From: Octopus sinensis | Taxonomy: Eukaryota | Reading direction: 5' to 3' | DNA: 64,000 nucleotides | Assembly: GCF_006345805.1 (NCBI RefSeq) | Contig: NC_043005.1 | Coordinates: 16,058,001-16,122,000, forward strand | In this document: one piece after another, positions 54,719-64,000 of the stretch | How positions within the stretch are numbered: position 1 is the first letter of the stretch | Layout: each line of letters begins with the position of its first letter | Program-made: the position numbers and the translations under genes | The notes under the pieces: generated by a model | The model's database searches: none | Told to the model about the DNA's origin: nothing | Seen by the model: the letters and a program-made list of their open reading frames with translations, nothing else

Positions 54719-55194
54719 TGTTAATTACACCCACTAATGGATATAAAAAATGTCCCTACCACACCTTGCACCTTTCTATGGTACCTATTTAGAGCTAGTT
54801 TACTGAGCCAGAAAAAGTTTACTTTGATAGACACTGAAGTTCATTTTGTAATTCTTTACGTTCTCTTTCTTTCCCGCTCAATCTCTTTCCTTCTCAATCT
54901 CTTTCCCCCTTATTCTCCTTCGCTCTCCTTCTTCTCATTCTGTCGTTAATCCTATACACAAAAAATTCTTTTTACATTTTCCTTCTGTTTATATTTTTTA
55001 CCATAATTCACGTCGTAAATTGTGGTGAATCACGGTGAAACACTCCCTCTGTCTCCCCCCTCTCTCTCTCTCTCCCCTCTCCCCCTCTCTCTGTTTCTCT
55101 CTGTCTGTCTGTCTATTTCTCTTTTTTCCATCAAGTGATGTTGTGAGGAACAAACACAGACACACAAACATATACACACATATATATATATATA

Positions 55195-55345
55195 TATACG
55201 TCGGGCTTCTTTCAGGTTACGTCTACCAAATCCACTCACAAGGCTTTGGTCGGCCCGAGGCTATATTAGAAGACATTTGTCCAAGGTGCCACGCAGTGGG
55301 ACTGAACCCGGAACCATGTGGTTGGTAAGCAAATTACTTACCTAT
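55195..55345 (-). mobile_element. SINE family B head
   Basis: Match to the 22043 copy. Confidence 0.8.
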
Positions 55346-55357
55346 CTATCTATCAGT

Positions 55358-55396
<39 letters not shown>

Positions 55397-55482
55397 CCTA
55401 CCTACCTACTTATCTATCTATTTATCTCACGTGTTAAACTGCCTTCTCCAAACGATAGCTTGGCTGAATAGAAATCCCTTTT

Positions 55483-55520
<38 letters not shown>

Positions 55521-55786
55521 TAGAAAGAGAGAGAGAAAGAGAGAGAAAGAGAGAGACAGAGAGAGAGAGAAAGGGAAAGAGAAATTCAATATTATTCTAA
55601 ATGAAAACTAAATAAGATTTAAGCATATAAATGTTTTACACATTAAATATACTTTGACATGGCGAACACGAACGGTTTGGTTATCTGGGTAGTCATGTGT
55701 AGAGGTTCAGATAAATAATGTTATCTTGTTAAAACTTCGTGTTAAAACTTTCTGCAAGCGACTGAACGTTAACGTTTCTTTACTAG

Positions 55787-55940
55787 TACTGCTTCCACGC
55801 TACCCCCAGCAAGACACGTGATACGTTCTACACGTCAGTCTGAAAATGGGACCAATAGATTGAGACAGAAAATAGAAGAGTGGCTGCGTTACCGGACACG
55901 TGACCTGGCCAGTATTCTTTTGGACATAACCCGGGACAGT
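55787..55940 (+). CDS. Candidate exon of an unidentified gene
   Basis: Acceptor TTTCTTTACTAG, open frame TASTLPPARHVIRSTRQSENGTNRLRQKIEEWLRYRTRDLASILLDITRDS, donor GTAGGT. Confidence 0.3.
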
Positions 55941-56074
55941 GTAGGTTGTTGTGCAAGCAGAATTTGAAGAACATAGGGCGGAATGTCTAGTGCGGTGGTT
56001 CTGAATCGTTTTTTGCTTATGGATGCCTTTGATTCCGATCTTACTCTCCTGGATCTCCCTAGCCATTCGATATA

Positions 56075-56495
56075 TCTTTATATATAAAAGAGAGGTTGTG
56101 TGCTGTCTGTCTCCTACGATTTAGATTCCTAACTACTCTCACATAACTATATAAGCATTTTTAGAGATGTAAAGTATAATAGCCATCTCAATATGGCTAA
56201 CCACAAGGGGGGGGGTTTACTGTAGCATTTTACGTTCTGAGATTTAATGATATATCTTTAGAGAGTTACTTCCCTTATATATGCCAAAAATGCATTAAAA
56301 ATGGGAAAAATTGATGGTAAATCTTTTTTTAAATCGTAGACTCATCGTAGACGCGCGCTAATACCCAGAAGGGCTCGATATGAATCACGACTATAAGAAA
56401 CCCGGTTTTGGTTAAACTGCACCGCAAAATGTGGGAGTAGTTAGGAATCTAAATCGTAGGAGACAGACACACAACTTCACTTTTATATATAAAGA
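56075..56495. mobile_element. Non-autonomous Helitron derivative with two inverted 5' ends
   Basis: 56075-56144 is the plus-strand 5' end; 56145-56495 is a minus-strand copy lacking the hairpin-CTAG end. Confidence 0.85.
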
Positions 56496-56622
56496 TTAAA
56501 TGTTTTAATGTTTCTCTCGTTCTCTCTTTCCGTCAGTCCTCTCTCTCTCTCTGAGCATCTTGTTATGGTTATATATGCACTCTCTCTTTCTCCCCTCCCT
56601 CTCACCCTTTCTGTCTGTCTGG

Positions 56623-56653
<31 letters not shown>

Positions 56654-56672
56654 CATATATGTATACATATAT

Positions 56673-56780
<108 letters not shown>

Positions 56781-56828
56781 ATATATGTATATATGTGTGT
56801 GGTGTGTGTGTATGTATGTATGTATATG

Positions 56829-57085
56829 AAGGCGCATGGCTTAGTAGTTAAGGTGCTGCACTCACGATTGCGTGATCGCGGGTTCGATTCCCAGATCGGG
56901 CATTGCGTTGTGTTCTTGTGCAAAGCACTTCATTTCATGTTGCTCTGCGATCATTTCGATATCTGACACGTGGCACCCAGTTGCACCTGTACAGGTGATG
57001 TCGATCTGATGGAGAGAATGAGCTTATGTCTACACAGACATTTGACCACTATAAACAAATCATCTGTGTGATTGTTCGGTATGAA
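56829..57085 (+). mobile_element. tRNA-headed SINE family D with CORE-like segment
   Basis: A-box TGGCTTAGTAG, B-box GGTTCGATTCC, GTGTTCTTGTGCAAAGCACTTCATTTC; degenerate head at 57378-57490. Confidence 0.75.
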
Positions 57086-57145
57086 ATTGTCGAACCCTCA
57101 TAACGGCGGGAGAGTCCATCATGTGTGTGTGTGTGTGCGTGTGTG

Positions 57146-57177
<32 letters not shown>

Positions 57178-57948
57178 AGTGTACATATATGCATGTGTGT
57201 GTTTGCCTCCAGCACCAACAGTTACTGTTGCCAAAACAGTCAGCCGTGTCAGACTGTCAGCATCGAGACATCTGCCCCCAATTGTCCCATTCCGGCAATC
57301 ATGTATTGTATCTTCATCTAAAATCTAAGGCTTTGTGATTATATAAGAAAATGTTTCTATTCAGTAATGAAGATCTATGGCTTAGTGGTGAGAGTGCTCG
57401 ATTCAAGATCATAACGTTATGGGTTCAATTCCTGGGTCAGGTTAGCATAGTGTTTCCCGTTGCTCCTGTTTACTCAACTGAAACGGAATATTAACCGAGT
57501 GCTCGTGTAGTCCCCTTTCTCTTTCCAGCTTTCGCATCACGGATGCTTTGCGTGGTCAAAGATGAGCGGACTGATAGACACCTGAAACGTTAACTTCCAC
57601 ATATGTTTGCATGCCCAAGGAACACGCGACTACATAAACACCTAAAACATTAGCGAAAGCATGGTACATGTTATCAAGACATACTCGGTCGCAAATTACA
57701 GGTGGCTCTTCTCTTCTTGCATTATACTCTTCAGCAACATTTAATGTCTTTCAAAGATGTTTCCATAATGTTCTGATTGGTATTTCTGATAATTTTTATC
57801 CTTTTTATATAAACAAATAAATTCTTTAAGGTAGGAAGGATAGTGCTTTTACCATTAATAGAAAGAAAACCGCGCTGAAGACCATTTTTTCATCGAGACC
57901 TAACTACAGATCAAAGGAATTAGTGGAGGAAATTTTCTATTCCGAAGA

Positions 57949-58180
57949 CCTATTTCTTTACTACCCACAAGGGGCTAAACACGGAGAGGACAAACAAGGA
58001 CAGACAAACGGATCAAGTCGATTATATCGATCCCAGTGCGTAACTGGTACTTATGTAATCGACCCCGAAAGGATGAAAGGCAAAGTCGACCTCGGCGGAA
58101 TTTGAACTCAGAACGTAGTGGCAGACGAAATACGGCTACGCATTTCGCCCGGCGTGCTAACGATTCTGCCAGCTCGCCGC
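57949..58180 (-). mobile_element. SINE family A
   Basis: Head, core and tail 1; degenerate copies at ~58420-58720 and ~31190-31290. Confidence 0.88.
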
Positions 58181-59635
58181 AGAGACTATGTCTTCAGTGA
58201 TGCGACAGTACTGAGGATGGTTTGTAACATAGGCATACTTTTGTTCTACATTTTGATAACGAGATATAGTTTGCTAAATCAACCCATTATATAACTGGTA
58301 CATATGATTTTATGAACTATGGGAAGATGAGAAGTAAAGTCGATCCTGATCAGATCTGAACTAATAAAATAAAGATATTCCACGTTGATTCAAATTCTCA
58401 GCTAAAAGAAAAGATTAAACAACCAAAGCGACGAACTGGCAGAGTCGTTAGAGCATCGAATAAGATCGCCTTAAGGTATTTGCTGTATCATTTGTTCAGA
58501 CTCTCTGAGTTCAAATCCCGTGGGCGTCATTTTAGTGCTTCATTCTTTCAGAGTCGATAAAAACGAGATTAGTGGATTAGAGAAAGTGTAAGAAATTTAG
58601 ACCGGATCCTTTGCGTTATTTGTTACAAACCTTTACGTTCTGAGTTCAAATCGTATCATGTCCTACTATTTGTTACATTCTATCCGTTCCCGGTTTAATA
58701 ACATCATCTGGGATCTTCACTATATTTAGCGGAATCCACTCCATTCAGTTCATTCGGTTCAGATCTCCAATTTGAGATAACCTTCTTCTACCCCCAGCCC
58801 CTGCGTTCCCGAGACCCTGTAAAAGGGTCACGCGCACTGCCTTCCCTAACAAAAAAAGATAAAATAAAATATTGTCTTTGTGCCCCACAAAAGACCAATA
58901 GGTATAATTAATTCGTAACGCCCCCACTACGAATAATACTAATACTAATAATACTAATACTACTACTACTAATAATAATAAAGACACAAAGAATGTAGCC
59001 ACGTTTTAGGGATCATATGTTTAAAGTGTACTTAACTATTCTCCTTAAATATGTTATGTTATAATGATGTGGTTGCATAAGATGGGACTATTATCCACAC
59101 GACATCTAGTTGGATATTGAGTAGAGATAAGTTTTGTGAAAACATTCACCCCGAAAGACGTTAATGCACGCATACGGGTACTCGTATATGTGTGTGTGTG
59201 TGCGTGCACATATACACATGCATATATATAAGTGACGACTCTATTTTTCTGTGTGAGTTTGTGTGAGCATGCAAGTGTGTGTTGCACGTCGAGAGAGAAA
59301 GTCTGGAATGTCTGAGCGTATGTATGTATATGATTGTGTCTATAGAGTAAAGTGTGTTTGTGCTTCTTTATAGTTAGTTCGCTTATGTAATTTATTCCAA
59401 ATGTGTTTATACTAGATTAGGGGGTTTCAGGCTGAGGGCTGCTAAGGACATTACACGTGATGTACGATGGAGGTACTGGTGGTGGTGGTGGTGGGTACTA
59501 GTGGTAGGGGTGGGTGTTGGTGTTGGTATTGGTGTGAGCTTCTGCATAGCCCGCATAGACAAGCGAACATATGCATATGTATACATGTGTGTGTATATAC
59601 ATATTCATACATACACACTTACAGACATATGTACG

Positions 59636-59701
<66 letters not shown>

Positions 59702-60084
59702 TGTATGTATGTATGTGTGTATATATATATGTGCATGTTTATATATGTGTGCTGTTACAGAGAAATGTATACAGTGAGGGAAATAGAGAGAGAGAAAAAA
59801 CTATGCAAACATACAGACGTATTATTAAGTGTGTGTGTGTGTATGCACGTGTGTGTGTGTGTATGTGTGTGTGCACGTGTTGTGTGTGTGTGTGTGTGTG
59901 TGTGTCTGTGTGTGTCGCTTGTCTACAGTACAGCATTAATGCTTATCTACAATGGCAAAAGTTAACCTCTTCTTTCTATGGTAAAATCTGGCACTCAATA
60001 AAATAGTTCGAAAGAAGAACCAGAAAAAAAACTTTAATCGCTTACAACGGGTATCCTTTAGCACACCAACACCACTGGCACTGT

Positions 60085-60395
60085 GTGGAGGCACATGGCC
60101 TTGTGGTTAGAGCAGCGGACTCGCGGTCGAGGGATCGCGGGTTCGAATCTCAGACAGGACGATGTGTGTGTTTATGAGCCAAAACACCTAAGCTCCACGC
60201 GGCTCCGGCAGAAGGTAATGGCGAAACTTCTGCTGACTCTTCCGCCACAACTTTCTCTCACTCTTTCCTCCTGCATCTTGCAGCTCACCTACGACGGACC
60301 GGCGTCCCGTCCGGGTGGGGAACCTATACGCCAAGAAACCGGGAAACCGGCCCTTATGAGCCAGGCATGGCTGGAGAAGGAACAAGCAACATCAC
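60085..60395 (+). mobile_element. SINE family C, tail i
   Basis: Match to the 36329 copy; possible TSD CACTGGCA. Confidence 0.88.
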
Positions 60396-60399
60396 CATC

Positions 60400-60960
60400 A
60401 CTGGCATAATTGAACCAGCACCACCGTCGCCGCCATCGCTGCAACTACCACCACCACTATCACCACTACCACTACCACCGCAACCAATACCACTACCACC
60501 GCAGCTAATACTACCACCCCCACAACCACCTTCGCAACCACCACCACCACGAACATCCCCGCAGCCACTACCAATATCACCACCACCACAACCATCACCA
60601 CCACAACCAACATCACCACCACCACCACCACCACCACAACCATCACCATCACAAAAACCCCCACAACAACTACCACAACCACCATCACCACCAGCACCAC
60701 TACTGCCATAACTACCACCACCACAACCTTTACCACAACCACCACCACAAACACCACCACAACCACCACCACTACCACTACCACCACCACCACCATCTAC
60801 TATCTCAACTACCCCTACCTTTACCGCAAGCACTACCAGTTCCAATACCACTTGTACCATTGACGCCATATCACAACTCCACCGTTTTCATCGCAATGAC
60901 TACCATCACCATACAAATGCCACTGCAATAATCACCACTAATGGCACTGACCATACCATT
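60400..60960. repeat. (CCA)n-derived low-complexity tract (also 61730-61880 and 62090-62550)
   Basis: Direct reading; source of the poly-Pro/Gly/Val ORFs. Confidence 0.9.
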
Positions 60961-61150
60961 TGCTGCTCTGCGATCAGAATCTCTTACCAAAAGACACAAG
61001 AATAGCCAAGATCATCATTACTCAAACCTTTCTAACTATCGCACACATCACAATTACCAGCGGTGGTGTCGTGGTCATCATCGACTTAATCCCTTTGTCT
61101 GTCCATGTTTGTCCCCTCTGTGTGTAGCCCCTTGTGGGCAGTAAAGAAAT

Positions 61151-61720
61151 GTGAAACGCTAGCACGCCGGGCGAAATGCTTTGCGGTATTTCGTCTGCTG
61201 CTACGTTCTGAGTTCAAATTCCGCCGAGGTCGACTTTGCCTTTCATCCTTTCGGGGTCGGTTAAATAAGTACCAGTTACGCACTGACGTCGATATAATCG
61301 ACTTAATCCGTTTGTCTGTCCTTGTTTGTCCTCTCTGTGTTTAGCCCCTTGTGGGTAGTAAAGAAATAGGTATTTCGTCTGCCGCTACGTTCTGAGTTCA
61401 TATTCCGCCGCGGTCGACTTTGCCTTTCATGCCTTCGGGGTCGATTAAATAAGTACCAGTTACGCACTAGGGTCGATATAATCGACTTAATCTGTTTGTC
61501 TGTCCTTGTTTGTCCTCTCTGTGTTTAGCCCCTTGTGGGTTGTAAAGAAATAGGCATTTCGTCTGTCTTTACGTTCTGAGTTCAAATTCAGCCGCGGTCG
61601 ACTTTGCTTTTCATGGTTTCGGAGTCAATAAATTACGTACCAGTTGCGTTCTGGTGTCGATCTAATCGTCAGGCGCCCTGCCCCCAAATTTCGGGCCTTG
61701 TGCCTAGAGTAGGAAAGAAT
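61151..61720 (+). repeat. Multimeric SINE A: partial head, 2 x 184-bp core + tail 1, then core + tail 2
   Basis: Units start at 61185, 61369 and 61553; an extra tail-1 fragment lies at 61078-61150. Confidence 0.9.
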
Positions 61721-62779
61721 CTCGATCATCACCATTAACATCAATAGTAACATGACAACCACCATCACCATCACCACCACTATTACAACCAATGCCAATA
61801 CCCGCCACCGACACGGCCGCCTCCACCAGCACCATCTCTATCCCGACCATCACCATCACCACCACCACAACCATGCATGGTAATGGGACTTGCTAGAAAT
61901 AGCAGTCAAATTCTCTTTCAACTCACTCTCCGTCTTAAACGATAACCTATTGGATGAAACGGGCATGTGTTAACCGGCACATCGTATAATAAGGGGATGG
62001 TCACGGGTAGACTGCCTTTGATCATGCATTTGTTCGAACAGAACTGGCCTGGGGATGGTCACCGACGGCAACAATGATTATCGTATCGCCATTACCACCG
62101 CCACCACCACCACCACCACCATCACCACCATCACCATCACCGCCGCCACCGCCACCGCCTCCGCCACCGCTACCTCTATCATTATCGCCGCCGCTATATT
62201 ACATCAGTACACTACCCTGCTCCCCCCCCCTCTCAACACCAAAAACCCACCCTTCCTACTCTGAGTCCATCACACGTACCCCCACCCCCACGCCCCACTA
62301 ATGCTATCATCATCAGCACTATCACCATCGCCAGATCCATCATCAACATCATCACCACCACCACCACCACCACCACCACCATCACCACCACCACCACCAC
62401 CATCACCACCACCACCACCACCACCGCCACCACCACCATCACCACCACCACCACCACCATCACCACCACCACCACCACCACCACCACCACCACCACCACC
62501 ATCACCACCACCACCACCACCATCACCACCACCACCATCATCACAACCACTATACAAGCAAGGCGCACACAGAAACCAAAAAAAAAAGAAAAAAAAGCTA
62601 GATAAATACGCTGACAACAGCAACAAATGCTTTGAATGGGTGGGTACGGTTTTTTGTGTATACGACAGCCACCTCTTCCGCTTCTTAACCACCGCCACAA
62701 GAAACTGTAGCTCCGCCTTCCAGCATCTTCTCCACCCCACCCCACCCCATCCCCACCCGTTTCAACTCCCTTCGCCCTC

Positions 62780-62992
62780 ATAGCTCTCTCTCTCTCTCTC
62801 TCTCTTTGCCAACGTCACGCAATCAATCTGTTGAAACGGTTACATCTTAGAAAATACATACGTAAGGCTTTTTTTTGCCTCCAGCAAGAATTTGCCGTGT
62901 AGACAAACACTTCTGGCCTTTACAATTTCCTCCTTCATCCTCTCTGTCTCTCTCTCTCTCTCTGTCTCCTCTGTCTCTCTCTGTCTGTCTTC

Positions 62993-63036
<44 letters not shown>

Positions 63037-63533
63037 TCTGTCTGTGTCTGTCTCTCATTCACTTTCTCTTTCTCTCTCTATCCGTCTTTCTAAGCTGCGT
63101 CTGACGTTTTCACACTTTCCGTTCATTCGCTATCACATATTTACATGTGTGTGCGTGCGTGCATTCTTGTGTGTGTGCGTGTATGTGTGTGTATTGTGTG
63201 TGTGTGTGTATTGTGTGTGTGTGTGTGTGAGTACACATATGTATGCGACCGTGCGAATGATGTGTTTGCGTAAGTTCCGCATATATGTGTGTGTCTACCC
63301 GATTGTGTATGTATGTATGTATGTATGCGTGTGTGCATGTGTGTCTGTGTCATTTTACGCGCGTATGTTCTGTGAGACATTTTTTCACACAAACTGAAAA
63401 ATTCTAATTCCCTACATTATACGTACGCACAACTGTATGTGTATACACATACATACAATGATATGCATGCACGCATACATATACAGAAAGCCAGAGAGAG
63501 AGAGATATACACGCATAAGCAACACACATACCT

Positions 63534-63565
<32 letters not shown>

Positions 63566-63822
63566 GTGCATACACGCATGCATATTAATATATGTGTATA
63601 TATTTATATATATATACGCACACACACATATAAGTATGTATACGAGTATATACATATATATATACACGCACATATATATATGTATGTATACGTGTATATA
63701 TATATATACATTCATTCATATGTGTGTGTGTCTCTGTGTGAATACACATGCATATATATATAACACACACACACACACACACACACCACATTATATATAT
63801 ATTATATATATATATTATATAG

Positions 63823-63855
<33 letters not shown>

Positions 63856-63945
63856 CATATCTTTAATGGCGGTGCCCCAGCATGGCCACAGCTCGTGAGC
63901 TGAAAATAGATAAAATGAAATAAAATGAAAAAAGAATATATATAG

Positions 63946-64000
<55 letters not shown>
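62780..64000. repeat. Compound (CT)/(GT)/(AT) microsatellites with a SINE B tail fragment at ~63866-63935
   Basis: Direct reading. Confidence 0.85.

Noticed and set aside
57570-57600. CTGATAGA..GAAACGTT
   Set aside because: Core spacing is wrong and there is no stem II.
60354-62783. Pro-rich, Gly/Cys-rich and poly-Val ORFs resembling extensin or keratin-associated proteins
   Set aside because: They come from (CCA)n tracts open in several frames, with no splice or codon evidence.

Overview
AT-rich, microsatellite-dense eukaryotic DNA; the SINE families strongly resemble those of Octopus (inference, not checked by search). Almost all long ORFs in the track are translations of simple repeats, and no complete host gene is visible. 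Recognisable content is transposable-element debris: a Tigger/pogo relic, a Penelope-like element (RT, Zn-linker, GIY-YIG) joined to a Helitron Rep relic, CR1-like and R4/Dong-like LINE relics, two stop-poor pieces of an L1/Tx1-type LINE embedded in (GATA)n, mariner/Tc1/hAT/piggyBac MITEs, four copies of a non-autonomous Helitron, a Helentron-like element and four tRNA-headed SINE families. The most notable signals are: (1) three type-I hammerhead-ribozyme folds, each with a different core variant and each in Penelope-like context, one in a unit whose inverted flank implies a ~361-nt tandem or circular monomer; (2) recurrent fixed-junction 184-bp tandem SINE-core arrays that often end in a different 3' tail; (3) several fold-back elements made of two like ends; (4) a scrambled, microsatellite-bounded Tx1 LINE; (5) a tentative minus-strand three-exon chain.
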